Origin: Fonticula-like sp. SCN 57-25
Lineage: Eukaryota
Reading direction: 5' to 3'
Length of the DNA: 62,173 bases
Assembly: GCA_001724245.1 (NCBI GenBank)
Contig: MEDX01000008.1
Coordinates: 1 to 62,173 of the forward strand
Each line of letters begins with the position of its first letter. The stretch's first letter is position 1. Below, one piece after another: positions 10,424 through 24,260 of the stretch. Position numbers and translations under genes: made by a program. A model generated the notes under the pieces. It was not told the origin of the DNA, did not search any database, and saw only the letters and a list, made by a program, of their open reading frames with translations.

Positions 10424-12920
10424 ATGATCGACATCAACGAAACAACGCTCGGCCTGCTCGTCGTTGCTGTGGTGATCACCTTCCTGTCAAGCAGGCGGTC
10501 CACCCCCGACCTCCCTCCATCCCGCCAAACGTCGCAGGCCATCGTCTCGCCCACGCGCAAGGAGGGCGAGACGGCGGTATACCGCTCAAAGTATGCGGCC
10601 AACGCTCTTACGGCTTCGGCGTACCCCGATGTTGCGACTCAGTATGACGCGTTCAAGCGGGGCCTCGGAATCTCCCGTGATGACCCCTGCATGGGCCAGC
10701 GCATCAACGATGGGCCCTTTGTGTGGGAGGTACGTATACGGAATAGCTATACCGCCGCAAGCTAAATGTGAATGCATAGACCTATGCGCAGGTGAGCGAA
10801 AAGTTCCACAAGTTGGGAGCCGCGTTTGTTCACCTCGGCGCTGATCCCGGGCAGGAAACCTTTGTTGGCCTCTACTCCATCAACCGTCCCGAGTGGGTCA
10901 TCGCGGAATATGTGCGTCATGCGCCAACGCGCACGTGTCGTGGCTAACGTTGTGTGGTAGGCATGCTACTCGCAGAACATGGTGACTGTGCCTCTGTACG
11001 ACACGCTCGGCCCGAACGCCGCTCGCTACATTGTGCAAAAGACCGAGATGCGTTTTGTGGTCGCCAGCGAGCAGCAGCTCGCCAGCTTGTTCAAGCTCAA
11101 GCCCGAGTGCCCCTCGCTCGAGGTTTGCATCAAGATGAGCGCTGTTACTAATGCCGAGCGCGAGGAGGCGCAGCGTTTGGGTCTTCGCGTGCTCTCGATC
11201 GACGAGGCCTACAAGCTCGGCGAGGAGCACCCCGCCGACCCTGTCCTCCCCAAGTCGACCGACCTTGGTGCGTTCAGCCGGGCTTTCACCCGTTTTCTAA
11301 CGCGTATTTGTGCATATAGCAACCATCAGCTTTACCAGCGGCACCACGGGCGACCCCAAGGGCGTCATGCTTACCCACGGAAACCTGATCGCAAACAGCT
11401 CCGCCGTCACGTCCGCGTGGCCCACCGAGGTGCTCCCCACCAAGGATGACAGCTACCTCTCGTACTTGACGCTGGCGCACATGCTCGAGCGCTTGGTCCA
11501 TACCTTTATCTACTCGACTGGCGCGCGCGTCGGCTTTTACCGCGGCGAAATCAGCAAGCTGTTTGACGACGTCTGTACGCCTCTGCTGCTTATTTGTGCT
11601 GCGCTGCTAACTCGCGCGCCATAGTGGAGCTTCGCCCGACCTACTTTGTCTCTGTTCCTCGCCTCTGGAACCGCCTGTATGAGCGCGTTATGAGCACCGT
11701 CGAGCAGTCCAGCTGGCTCAAGCGCACGCTCTTCAATTACGCGCTCGCTTCCAAGAAGGCCGATCTGCGCCGGGGGATCCTCCGCAACGACACCATGTGG
11801 GACAGGATTGTTTTCAAGTCTATTCGCTCGCGCCTCGGCGGTCGCGTCAAGGGTACGCACCGGCCTTTTTAAACGGACTGCCTCTAACTCGTGCATAGCC
11901 ATGGTGACGGGCGCCGCCCCCATTTCCGACGAAGTGATGGACTTTTTGCGCGTCGCCTTTGGTTGCCAGGTCTTTGAGGGGTACGGCCAGACCGAGGCCT
12001 GCGCCGCCATTGCCGTTACACTTAGCTATGACTACACGACCCAGCACGTTGGCCCGCCGCTTCCCTGGTACGACACACAGCTCGCGCCCTGCCATGGTTT
12101 CCTCATTCAGTGCGAAATAGCGTCGAGGTGAAGCTTGTTGACGTGCCCGAGATGGAGTACCACGCCACCGACATTAACCCGCGCGGCGAAGTCTGCGTTC
12201 GCGGCAACTCGGTCACCAAGGGATACTTTAAGGTGCGCTGGTTATGCTTGTTTTTACATCATCTAATCTTGTCGTTAGGATCCCGAGCGCACCAAGGAGG
12301 CCATCGATGAGGACGGCTGGCTCCATACAGGCGACATCGCTATGATCAACCCGAACGGGACCCTCAGGTGCGTTCCTATTTTCTATGGCGAGGCGATATC
12401 TTACCATTGGTGTACTAGGCTCATTGACCGCAAGAAGAATATTTTCAAGCTTTCTAATGGCGAGTACTGCGCCCCCGAAAAGATCGAAGACGCTATCGAG
12501 AAGAGCACGCTCGTCGCCCAGGCCTTTGTGCACGGCGAATCGACCGAGCCCTTCCTGGTCGCGATCATTGTCCCCGAGGAGAGCGTCGCAGTTGAATGGG
12601 CCAAGAGCAACGGCGTGTCTGAATCGATCCCGGAGCTGTACCAGGACCCCTCGTTCAAGAAGGCGGTTCTGGCCAGCTTGACTGCCGTCTGCAAGGAGCG
12701 GTGCGCTGCGCGTTCCTTTTCATTTACATGTACTAATATGTTTGTGCTCAGCAAACTTATCTCGTACGAGATTCCCAAGGCGATTCACCTCGAGCATGAG
12801 CAGTTCACGGTCGAGAACGACCTCCTCACTCAATCCTTCAAGCTCCGTCGCTTCCAAGCCCGCAAGGCTTACCGCGAGCAGCTCGCCGCTCTCTATGCAG
12901 AGTTGGGCAAGCAGCCGTAA
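10424..12920 (+). CDS. Long-chain fatty acyl-CoA synthetase (ACSL1/5/6-like) with N-terminal TM anchor
   Basis: [54 protein letters not shown]. Confidence 0.95.
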
Positions 12921-13098
12921 ATGTTCATATTGAATTGATATACATGTATTGTGCGTTCAAGTGCATGCCAGCAAATGGCCAAAGTAATGAATAAAAGATT
13001 TCGATTCATCAGCGATTCATGCCTTATCACATTTGATGACCATCAACTATTTTCATGGTCATCAGCGGTTGGGTCATTGCTGTCTTGCCCAATCCATC

Positions 13099-13520
13099 AT
13101 GTCGGCGGCGTGGAGGAATCTGCTCGGTAAGAACGTGCACGAGCTTCGCTTGGTCTTTGACCAGGCGTCGCCTGCCAGCGCTGGTCTTCGGTACGAATCA
13201 CTTTTTCATTTTTGATAGGTATCCCGGCAGTCAAGCTGACTCTTTTTTCGTAGTGGTTTCATCAAGACCAACTTTGTCCAGCTCAAGGCGCAGCACCCCA
13301 ACCTGCCGATCCTTGTGCGCGAGGGCACCAAGGTCCCGTCGAGCGTGTATGCTCGCTTTGGTGCGCGCCGCATTTTGCCTGCATTCCATTATGTACTTAT
13401 ACCGCATCTCTCTGAATCCGCATAGATTTTGGCCGCGAGGATCACGTAGATGTGAGCAACATGACCGAGGCGCAGGTGACGAGTGCGGTGGAGAAGCTTG
13501 TTACGGCGAAGTCGTCGTAA
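13099..13520 (+). CDS. NDUFA2: Complex I subunit NDUFA2 (B8), 3 exons
   Basis: ELRLVFDQASPASAGLR-GFI..NF..LKAQHPNLPILVRE......YARFDFGRE. Confidence 0.93.
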
Positions 13521-13787
13521 ATATTTCTTCTTTCGTTTATGCCTTACATAATTAAACATGAATTGAATAACCCGCCGTAGCTTCTTTCCTTTCTTTTCTT
13601 TGGCCCATTGGCGAGCCAATGTTGCGTTTCAAACCACCCTTATCCAGGTGATCCATTGTTGCGCAACACGCAGCGCACCGGCCCATCGATCCGTGTCCAC
13701 TTTCACTTTTTAAAACAAGCATTGTTCTCTCCGCATAGTTACATTCCATCGTGCGCGCATCCCGCACTTTGTGGTGACTGCGCGTCG

Positions 13788-16504
13788 ATGTCAGCGCGGC
13801 AAAGGAAAAAACGGTCAGCCGATGTCGCAGCGGACACGCCGGCTGCCCAAGTAGCAACGCCGGTGCCCGCTCGTCCCGAGCAGACCAATGAAGTACCCCC
13901 AGATAATGCAGTACCAAAGCCCACTGAGGCCGAGCCCGCGGGGATGCAGTCGCTCGCCATCTGGAAGGCTCCCCTGGCTGCCATCGCGTTGTGGATCGTT
14001 GCCCTCGCAGTGCGCTGCTACCGCCTCGATGCCCCTACGTCAGTAGTGTACGTTCACACACTTGTCTGCACTACTTTGTGGCTAAGAGGTCGTAGCTTTG
14101 ACGAGGTGCATTTCGGGGGCTTTGCCTCAAAGTACCTCCAGGGTCGCTACTATTTTGACGTGCATCCACCCCTGGGCAAGCTGCTGATCGCCTGGGCGGG
14201 GCAGTTGTTTGGCTACGAAGGCCATTTCAGCTTTAATGACATTGGGCTCGAGTATCCGGAGAATGTCCCCTACGTCGAGATGCGGTACGTTCGGGTGCCT
14301 GACACTGCCCAGCCTTGTTCACAGCTCTAATAGCGCGCTGTCGGCCATTTGCGGTTCCCTCCTCTCCCCGCTCGCATTCATGACTCTGTACAACCTGGGA
14401 GGCTTTGCCGTCGGCGCGGCACTTGCCGCGCTGCTGCTTGTTGTTGATCTCGCCCTGGCGATCCAGTCGCACTTTATTTTGCTCGACGCTATGCTCGTCT
14501 ACTTTATCGCGCTCACCATTTGCTTCTATTCGGCATTCGCCACGCTCCCCGCAAAGTACGGCGGCTCATTTGGCGCACAGGATGAGCTAAGCGGAGCGTG
14601 TACATAGGTCTACCTTTGGGCTCAAGTGGCATGCATATTTGCTCCTCTGCGGGCTCGCTCTTGGCGCGACCATGAGGTGCGCCTAGACTCTTCACGATAC
14701 ATTGCTCACCCTCCACACCTCAGCATCAAGATGGTCGGCCTCTTTACGGTGGCATGGGTCGGCCTTCATACGGTGTCGTCCTTGTGGTTGCTCCTGTGCG
14801 ACAGGACCGTGCCGCTGCTGTCGTTTGCCTACCACTTTTTCTGGCGGGCCGTGTCGCTCATCGCGATCCCTCTTGTCGTCTACCTCGCCTGCTTCTACGC
14901 ACACTTTGCGCTGCTTCCTCTGTCAGGCCCCGGCGACAACCACATGAGCCTCGAGTTCCAGCTTACGCTCGACAACAACCCGTACTCGAACATGTTTGCC
15001 GGTGCGATTAACGTCTTTCCTTGTCCACTTTGCTCATCGTTGTTGAGTAGATGTGCACTATGGCGCCAAGGTTTATCTCCAGTCCAGGGAGGGCGACCGG
15101 AACCAGCTGCTGCACTCGCACAAGGACGTGTACCCCGACGGCCACAAGGACCAGCAGGTGACCGGCACGCCCATGCGCGACATCAACAGCGGATGGATAT
15201 TTACGCCGTTTTCGTCTACCGTCGGGAGCGACGTGCCCATCCGCGGCCAGCAGACGCTCCGCCTGAAGCACGAAAGCACGGGCGCATTTTTGCGCGTCGC
15301 CGCCAATGTCGACGCGCCGGCCAGCCATAACTGCTCGCTCGTGTTCAGTTCGGCGGAGCAGCGCGCACCGCACGACGACCTCTGGCAAGTTCGCCTCGCG
15401 GATGTGTCGAGCTCTGCGCCGGGTACGCGTCGACGGTATTGGTTTATTGCTGACAAATTGCAGATGAGGCGCTCAACATTCACAGCATCACGAGCACGAT
15501 CTACTTTGTCAGCAAAAAGTACGGCTGCTTCCTATCAATCACGCCGAATACCCTCCCCGCCTGGGGGTTCAACCAGCGCGAGATTGCATGCACGCCATTC
15601 ATCAACAAGGGCTCGCTGTGGCGCATCACACGTAACCAGGATCCATCCCGTACGCCTCATATGATGTGGCTATCTAAAGCGATTTCTCACAACGCACAGG
15701 GAGCCAATCGGACAAGCGCGTCGGTGTGCAGCCCATGCCGTTCTTTTCAAAAGTACTCGAGCTGCAGCGCCTCATGTGGACGGTGAACGAGCAGTTGACG
15801 TCTTCCCACCCCTACCAGTCGCAGCCGTCTGGATGGCCGCTTTTTGAGCGAGGTGCGCGGCCCTTTCTCTATTAAACTTGCCTGACCTTTCCACCGCAGG
15901 CGTCACGTACTGGTTCAAGGACGGGTACCAAGTCCACCTACTCCCCAATGCACTTGTGTGGTGGCCCGCTGCTGCCTCAATCCCGTGCTTTTTGCTCCTG
16001 GCCGCGCTCCTGTCGCTCTTTGCAAAGCGGTATCCAGAGGTGGCGCTTCCCGGTACGCACCGCCACGTTGGCGCTCTGTTCTTACTTTTTCTCTCTAGAA
16101 CGCCTTGTAAAGTACATGGATTGCTGCTGGCTGCTTCTATCGGCGTGGGCGCTTCACTATCTGCCGTTCTTCTTGATGGGCCGCCAGCTCTTTATTCATC
16201 ACTACTTTCCCGCCTTGTACGTGAGCGTGCTCATCCTTGGCGCGACTTTTGACCTCTTTACGGCGCGGCTTTCTACTCGCGTGCGCCTGGCATTCGCCGC
16301 CGTCTTCCTGGCAGCAGCGGCACACGTGTTTGTCAGCACATAGTACGCTGCCCCGCCTTTGCTCCCTTTTGCTAATCGCCCACTAGCCCTCTCGTGGTGG
16401 CGGACGCGTGGACGGCCGCGGGATGCGAGCGGATGCGGTGGAGGTCGTCCTGGGACATTACCTGCACCGACCCCCGCACACCCGCTGCGGGCACTGCAGC
16501 CTAG
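13788..16504 (+). CDS. Dolichyl-phosphate-mannose:protein O-mannosyltransferase (PMT1-like) with MIR domains
   Basis: [29 protein letters not shown]...QQVTG MIR repeats, [24 protein letters not shown], terminal W.SSWD. Confidence 0.94.
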
Positions 16505-16645
16505 GCGCCACATCGGCGTTCATCATGATAAAGTGTACATAACATTTTTATAAAGTCATTACATGAGGAGGGTATCCACGGAGGAGAGGAGGGTATTTAC
16601 CCGATATGCCTGTGCAGTTATAAATCATACAAAAGGTCATTGCCT

Positions 16646-19228
16646 TTACGTGTTTTGCGCGGCCGCCGGCTCGAAGCGGATGAACGCGCTAAACCTCTCG
16701 TGGCCAACCATCTTGGCGATCGTGGGATCCTTGATATACGCCGCCTTGACCGTGTCGCACGAGAAGGGCGTGTTGAGGTTTGTGTGGAGCGCGCGCCCCG
16801 CTCCGAGAAGGAACAGCAGATCAACGTCCTCTGCGACGCGAGCGAGATCCTTGTCCACGCGGAAGAGGTTGATGCAGACAGAATTCGTGCCGGTGGCGAC
16901 GCACGACAGCCGCCTGATGAGCATGAGTATCAACGAAAAAAGGACGAAATAGGAGGCGCACCCGCTGCACTTTGCGGCGGCAATAGTATGGTCGAGCGCA
17001 CTGGCACGATTTAGTATATCTTCCAGCTCGATGCACGTAATGTCGTCAGATGCCGGGTACGTGTTGGCAGCGAGGACAACGGCCGCGCCCCTGCCAATAA
17101 CGAGTTAGGGCCATAAAAAACATCGACATGGAACGTACAGCTTGATGAGGAATCGCGCGAGCGGCAGCGTGCACAGCACCACATCGAAACCCGCATTGTT
17201 GACAAAAATCATTACTTTTTTATACCGCGGCTCGGCCAGGAGACGCTCTGCGACGGCCACGACGGCGGCACCATGCACCGCGTCATCCTTCATGTTGGCA
17301 AGCAGCAGCGGCACGGGCGACTCCTGCTCGTAATACCGCGAGTTCCACTCGAACCGGTCGCCCAGCAGTAGATTGCTGACAGCCGCGCGGGCCTCGACGG
17401 TGCGGTCGCTGATCTTGTCATAGGCAGACAGAACGAGCGGCAGCACCTCAAGCGCGCGATCATTTAGGCGTGTCTTGAGCTCAACGACGGCGTCGTGGCT
17501 GATAAACTCTTGCATACATTGCTCCTGGAGGCGGAGAAGCAGTGGGACCGACAGCGTGCCGTACGCGCCGGGCTGAAGGCGGATGCGCCCCAAAATATCG
17601 CCGTACACGCTAGCAAGGTCGTATGTGAGGCGGCAAATAAGTGGGGTATATAGAAACGCACGTGCTAAACGCCTTTAGCTTGGAGTCAATGTTGGGGAGC
17701 GACTGCATGCAAGACCGAACGGCCTAGCGCGGAAGAGGGTGAGCAAGGGAACAGCAGCGGTTAAAGGAGACGCACCGAGGTGACCTGCGTGATCGTCTCT
17801 GTGAAAATATCCAACCACTGCTCGCGCAGCTCGGGGCTCTCCAGCGACACCGTGCTCGACACGTACTCGCTCGGCTTGGAAAGCAGCGGGAACGGGACCA
17901 GCAGCTCTGGCATGCTAGATCGCGACAGGCGCGTGAGCAACTCAAACAACAAAGCAGCATGTTCGCACCTGTCCAAGACGCCAAAGTAGTGCACGGGCTG
18001 CGCAGAAACGGACCTTGACCGCGAAAAGTTTTCCATAAATGAGCCGTACTGCTTTGAGCTGACTGTGTCCTCGCCCGCCAGCAGCGCGCCGAGGCAGCCG
18101 AGGAACCCGTCGTGCCGCAGGAACAGAGCTAAATAGAGTGTAAGTAACAGCAATGCCACACACATCGTGGGCGTACCTTTCATCTCGCCCTTGGACCAGA
18201 AATCCACACCATAGCTGATCGTCCGCATCGTGTCGGCGTGCCCGCGGATGAACGACCCGCCAAAGTAGATTGTGTTAATGTTGTAGTAGCGCGCATTCAG
18301 GTACGCAATCTGGCCAATGTTGTTGGACACCATGAGTAGCGCGCTCTTGCAAATGTCCTCTTGGTTTGCCGCTGGCCGCTTGTTCGAGTCGTTCTTTTGC
18401 CACACCTTTCCAAAACTACTGGCGATGGTCGACGCCTTCAGGCCAATGGACGGGTAGTCCGACCCGTAAATGTCCCCGACAAGCATATCCACATTCCGGT
18501 TGTCGCCGCGGCTCGACATCTCGAGCATCTGGTCAAAGTCCTTGCAGTCCGTGAGCAGGGAGAGCAAGCCCCATAATGTGCCGCCGCCAAGACTGGTACC
18601 GCTGACACGCTCAAACGACGTCTCGCTCGTGACCTACACCCGCTCCGTCAGCAAACCGATACAGTAAACAACTGCGAAAACCTACCTTTAGTATGCTCAC
18701 GCCCGAGCCAATGTTGACGAGCATGTAGGGAAACATGGTTCGTGGATCGCGCACTTCGCAAAAGTTTTGCGACAGGGTGCCCGAGTTGGCATCGCACGAA
18801 AAGACCTCGCTCGACACCTCGCGCAAAAGAAAGTTGAGCCCGCTGATCAGGCACATCATCTCGTCCTCCGGCTCTAGCCTGATGCCAAGCTCATCCTCAA
18901 ATAGTTTGCCGTACTTGTGAGCGCCGCCTCCAGTGGCCTTGACGACGGGCGACACACCCTTGCTAAGACCCTCCTCGACGAGCGGCCTCAAAAAGTCTAT
19001 CAACTCACCGATCGAGTGTGTCTGAAAGTGCTCAAAGTGCATCCGCCGCCCGGCATTGTTATGCTCGCCCTCGCGGCGCTGCAGGAGTACAACCTTTGAG
19101 AGTGAGCCGCCAAGGTCGATCGCAAAGCCAAACCCCGCCGCATGATCACCCTGATTCGGCAGGTAGATGTCCCTCGTCCCGGACGCGCTGTTCTCCAGCG
19201 GAGAAATGACGGCGCCTGAGAGGTTCAT
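16646..19228 (-). CDS. Type II pantothenate kinase fused to C-terminal DUF89/ARMT1-like domain (PANK4/plant PANK2 architecture)
   Basis: IDLGGSLSK, ATGGGAHKY, EDEMMCLISGLNFL, VNIGSGVSI, RVSGTSLGGGTLWG, DMLVGDIYG, FLRHDGFLG; tail IFVNNAGFDVVL, GRALHTN. Confidence 0.92.
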
Positions 19229-19528
19229 CGCTCACCGGGAATGGCAGGGCGCCGTGGTCCTGGGGTCCTGGCAGTGCGTCACCGTTCAGAGCTGGCAAGC
19301 GAGTATCGCCTGATACGAATTTGCCCTGATTCCGCCCCAGATTCGACTATGCCGAGCCTGGATTGCAATCAGAGCACGTGGGCAGGACAGGAGAGCACGT
19401 AAAAGCGCGGAAGCCGAGGTGGCAGCGCCAAAGGTTACAGCGATAAAGTTTATTATTAAAGCAGGGAATTGAAATGCGTCAGAGAGTACAGCGACCGGCG
19501 AAAGAGGTGCGGGCGAGGCGCTTTTCAC

Positions 19529-21107
19529 CTACGATACGCTTGCAAGGGCCCAGATACGCACAGAGTTGTCCACGCTACAAACGGCCTGTTAGTTTGGCGA
19601 CGCATATACAACTGCAAGGCGCACCTTCCGGACGCAAAAACGTTTCGAGTGGGGCACGCCGCAATCGCCTTGACTGGCCTGTCGTGGCCCTGGCACCGCC
19701 CGAGCTGTGCCGAAGCCCTCGTGTCCCAGATAGAAATGGCGCTCGTCGCGTCGTCGCCGGCCAAAATATAGTCTTCCGCGTTGCTGAACACGGCCGGGGC
19801 GCGGACCTGACTATGCGCGCCGTCATAGCGCCTGACCAGTTTCCCGTTGCCGCAATCCCAGAGCTTGACCGCGTCGTCCTTGCCGCGGGAGAGAATATAG
19901 CGGGACGACCGGCTCAGCGCGACTGAGAAGACCTCCGAGCCGCTGTGCGCCGCCGCAATCGTCATGATGCACTGATTTGTGACGGCGTCCCAGAGCTTGA
20001 TGCTCCCATCTCGGCTGCAGCTGGTGTAGAGGAGGCCGCTCGTGTCGAACGCGACCTTGTTGATGGGGCCGCGGTGGTTGTCGCTCGACGCGCCCGGTAT
20101 GTAGCACGTCGACGACTGAAGGTCGTAAAGGCGGATAATTTCATGGTCCGTGCCGGCAAGCAAGTAGTCGCCCGACGGATGGTAGCTAATGCTGCGCACG
20201 TTGACGGCGTCGCGGAACGTGCGGGATGCCTGGCGCGTCTGCGGCCGGGTCAGGTCAAAGCAGCGAATGGCGCCGTCCTTTGAGGCCGTCGCAACGAGGC
20301 CGGCCGACGGGGAGAACGCAACATCGTTAATAGGCTAAGAGCATGTTTTTAGCCAAAGGAGAAGCGTGCAGCGTGGCGCGCACCATGGCGTGGTCATGGT
20401 AAATTCGGACAACTACTTTTTCATCTGCTCCTTCAGCTCTATGCAAGGCGCGATTCGCATCAATCACCTTTACAGACAAGTCTTCCGACGCAGTAGCAAT
20501 ATAACTCCCTTTGGTATTGTTTCCATGTTAGCAGAATATGAAAATGGCCACAGGCAGCGCACCATCAGGGCTGAACGCGACTGACCTGCAAGCGGCTTTA
20601 TGAGATGTACGAAAGCGGGACTCGTAGTGGGGCGCCGGCATTGGAAGCATCCCTAGTGCATGCACCGCGTCAGATTAATGAAGCACATGAGCAGAGGGAA
20701 GAGCGCACCTGGCTGCAAGTAGAAATCTTGTTCAAGCTGCCCGCCAGGCACCTCCACAACTGTAACGTCTGTCGACATCTGCTCGCTCTCCTTGTCGGCA
20801 TCGTTCGCCTGACCACCCGCCCCTTAAACCAGCCATTAGTACAAGCTAGAGTAGTCATACTGACTATGAGCGCACCGGTCTCCTCGCGCAATCCCAGCTG
20901 CGCAAGCCGCGCAAGTCGCGGTGATGGCTCGAAGGCGGCCAGCACGCCTGCCGCCTCGGCCACCATCGACGCAACCGACTCGAGGTTGTAACTTTGCAGT
21001 TGCCTAGAATACCGTAAGCGTCTGGCAGGAGTGGGCAGCAAAAGAGCAGCGCCGCACCTCACGATTAGCAGGCAAAGCTCTGCTTTGCTCATTTCTGCTG
21101 CCGCCAT
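19529..21107 (-). CDS. CSTF1: Cleavage stimulation factor 50 kDa subunit (N-terminal dimerisation domain + WD40)
   Basis: LCLLIVRQLQSYNLESVA dimerisation segment; VRSISYHPSGDYLLAGTDH..IRLYD, SCSRDGSIKLWDAVTNQC, AHSGSEVFS, YILSRGKD. Confidence 0.9.
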
Positions 21108-21414
21108 TGTGCCTCCAAGCCAAAGGCTGATACTTTCACCATGCAAACTGCAATTTGCGATGGGCTAAAGAGCAAGCGACAGGATAAGTGTCGCCGTTGT
21201 GGATAGCGTCTCAGCCACGTCTGTGGGTCCCAGGCAAAGGCTAGGCCTGGGTGGGGGCAACAGAGTGGGTACACGGAATGTTTTGTTGGCCGCAATTGAA
21301 CGGCTACAAGAGCTTTTCCAGCCAGAAAACATGGGAATTTTCAAAAAAGAATATGCGTCAAAGAATTGTATTACTTGGTATGGTATGCCCAAAGGGCTGC
21401 ACAAAAGCAAACGC

Positions 21415-22009
21415 TTATTCAATGACGTGCGAGCCAGAGCCAGGGCCGGAACGCGCGCGAATAATCGCCTCGGTGAACTCGTTGCGGCCGAGGGCCTCGA
21501 GCTGGCCGTGGTTGGGCTGGAGGACCGAGTGGACCTGTGGCGAGCGTTGTCAGTTTGACGGCAAAAAGAACATAGAACAAAGTCAAAAATTGCGCACCTC
21601 GCCGTGGTGGGTGCGCTTCTTGGCGGCCTTGATCTTGCCGACGCCCGGGCCGAACCAGCTGATGAGCACGTCACGCGTCACCGGGTTTCCTATTTCACGA
21701 CATCAGCAGGCCATAGGCAAAAGCTCTCCTGAACGAACCGTCCTTGACGTCGCCAATGCGAATAAGCGCATACTGCACCTCGTTGTCCTTGAGCACCGAG
21801 AGCAGGGCAGGGACGCCTCCACCTACACCACAACCGTTCGCGTCAACACGCGACCGACACCACCAAAAAAGCGCACCCTTCGTGTTGTGCTGAAGCATCA
21901 GCGTGTTGTCGTCCCGGTAGCCAAACACAATGAAAGCGCCGGGCCCATTCTTGGGGTTCAGGAAGTCGGACACCTCCCGCTGCGCCGCGCTCTTGTCAAC
22001 CCACGACAT
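21415..22009 (-). CDS. ADF-H domain actin-binding protein (coactosin-like), 4 exons
   Basis: FIVFGY.D, G.GGV..L...LKDNEVQYALIR, VLISWFGPGVGKIKAAK. Confidence 0.78.
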
Positions 22010-22608
22010 CTTGTTCCTTCTTCGGCTGCAAACAACGTCAAAAGTCAGATCTGATTGGATGACGACGCATACCAGAGACAACAACCTGGCGGAAATGCTG
22101 ATGACAAGGCTGCGGGTTTGAGGCTCACTTGCGCGGCTTGCGGCAACCTTGGGTAAAGACTCGGCGCCACTTGACGCGCGGCTTATTTTACCCCAGCCGG
22201 AAAGTCCATTACGTATTCAGCCAAACTTTACGCGCGCTCAAAAGGTCAAGGCGCAAGCGATCCCCTGGACGCGCGCAGACGAGCTGCCAGCTGCTTCGCT
22301 GCTCGTTGTTGTATTTGCCTGCTGTGGCTCGCAGCGCATCGCGCGTTCAGTGTGCAGTCCTGACAATATTGCATTTGGCTGTGTTGCCCTAGTTACGGCA
22401 GGGTGGCTCTTTGGTGGTAGATAGACCTGTACTTTTAAGCCATGCTGCACCATCGGATCTACACATAATTTGTATCATATAAAGTATAGCATTGTCGAAA
22501 TCTCAAACATAATGTAGTTATCTAATCGCATATGGGTCCTACCCTATTGCTACTCGACAGCGCTTGACGTTCTTGTTCGGACGAATCATGATCGCGGGAC
22601 AAAAGTTT

Positions 22609-24260
22609 CTAAGCTGTTGAAGAACAGACAAGCCGCCCAGACGAACTTGTTCGGGGAGCTGGGCCCAAAGATGAGGCCGTGTGGGTAGTGTCACAGTCGG
22701 GCGTCAAAGGAGTCGCAGGGTCGACGGAATGCAGAGGGGTCGGAACGTCCGACATGGACGGTGCCATTGCCTGCAGCGCCTCAAAGAGCATGCTCTGGAG
22801 GCGACGAGGCCCGCCGCGGACAGCGCCTTCAAACGACAGCGCCGCTTCGTTCAGCTGCAACGTTTTCGTTAGCATGACAGACAAGCGAGAAATATATCGT
22901 ACAGGAAGGATGTGGACCAAATCAGTGACAGCCTGCGTCAGAGAGTACTCGGGAACTCGCCTGAGCATGTGTCAGCCACAAAAATGCCAAACAAACCAAT
23001 GTTCGTACGTTGATGATACCGCAACGTTCTCGAGCTCGCGCTCAAGCGCCGCAAATCTATCTTCCAACACGGAATACCCGGTATCCACTACATCCTGAGC
23101 ATCGTCTGCCGCTACAAAGATCATTGCCAGGCCGCGGACGCCAAAGGCATGAACAGCAAAGCTCTCTCCATCGGCGTTCAATTTTGCGCGCCATGCGCCA
23201 CCGGCGGCCGCCCTATGGTAATCTAATACTGCACGTAGTTTGAGTTGGCCGCCCAAGGAAAGTGCCATTAGCGCACCATTCGACGACGCGGCGCCGACGA
23301 GCCTTAGGAGCGCCGGTGCGTCTTTCCTCCACGTACCGAGCAAGACGTGCGCGACAAATTGGAATTTGCTCCCATTGGAATTCGAGAGTAATGCGCAGAG
23401 CGGGACGCCTTGCCGCATTTTGGAAGAGATGGTGAGAGCGGCGAGCCACTCGCCCATTTCAGACTCGACAGAAAACTGAAGCGTCGTTGGTGGGCACGTG
23501 GGGTCGGCATTTTGGTGAAAAATGTCCAAATAGAACCGCTGCGTGTTGTATATGGTCTCGACGCGCTCAAAAAAAGCCGCATTCGAAAGAGGAAGGCGCT
23601 CGTCCAAGCTACTCAAAACGAGCTGGCGGCTGTAGCAGAGGACATCGCCGTCCAGCGCAAAGAGGCGCCACTTGAACACGCCGCTGTCAGACGAGCGCTT
23701 TCTTATCAAACCAACCTTGTTGTACAACATTCTGCTTTCACGTTAGGCACCCGGCAACTAAAGAAAAGCGCGCACGAGTCGGCGTCGCCCGTCGCGGCAT
23801 TCAGCTCATTGTTGCGCCACACCAGCTCGGCCGCCTCAAGGGCCTCCAGCCACTCTGCGCGCTCGTCCTTGGACTTGCAGCAAAAACGGTACGTATGAAA
23901 GTCGTCTGTTGCTTGTCCTAACCTGCGCAGCGGGAACTGGATCTGGAACCCGTATGGCTACCCGAGATCGGAACCGTTAGACGCAACCGAGCGCGCGACC
24001 CACCCGCGTACCGCCGACTCGTCCGTCGCAGTGGAATCGGTTATCGAGCACCTCAGGCCGTCGAGATCCACGGTTCCCTTTGGCGGGCGCCCCTCCTTGG
24101 TGTCCGCCTGGTCAGTGTAGTACTGCAGGCCGTCTGTTGTTACCACGAGGAATCGCGGTTGCCACGATTTGAGCAGGAACCCGCTCGACTTCAAGACAAG
24201 CCCCTCTTTGAGCACAGAGTACATCGCAGCAGCCGTCGCAGCTGCACGCAGTGACGACAT
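22609..24260 (-). CDS. Tandem PH-domain protein, possibly with a degenerate C-terminal RhoGAP-like region
   Basis: PH1 KEGLVLKSSGFLLKSWQPRFLVV...LQYY...EWLEAL; PH2 KVGLIRKRS..FKWRLFAL..LCY...EWLAAL. Confidence 0.75.
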
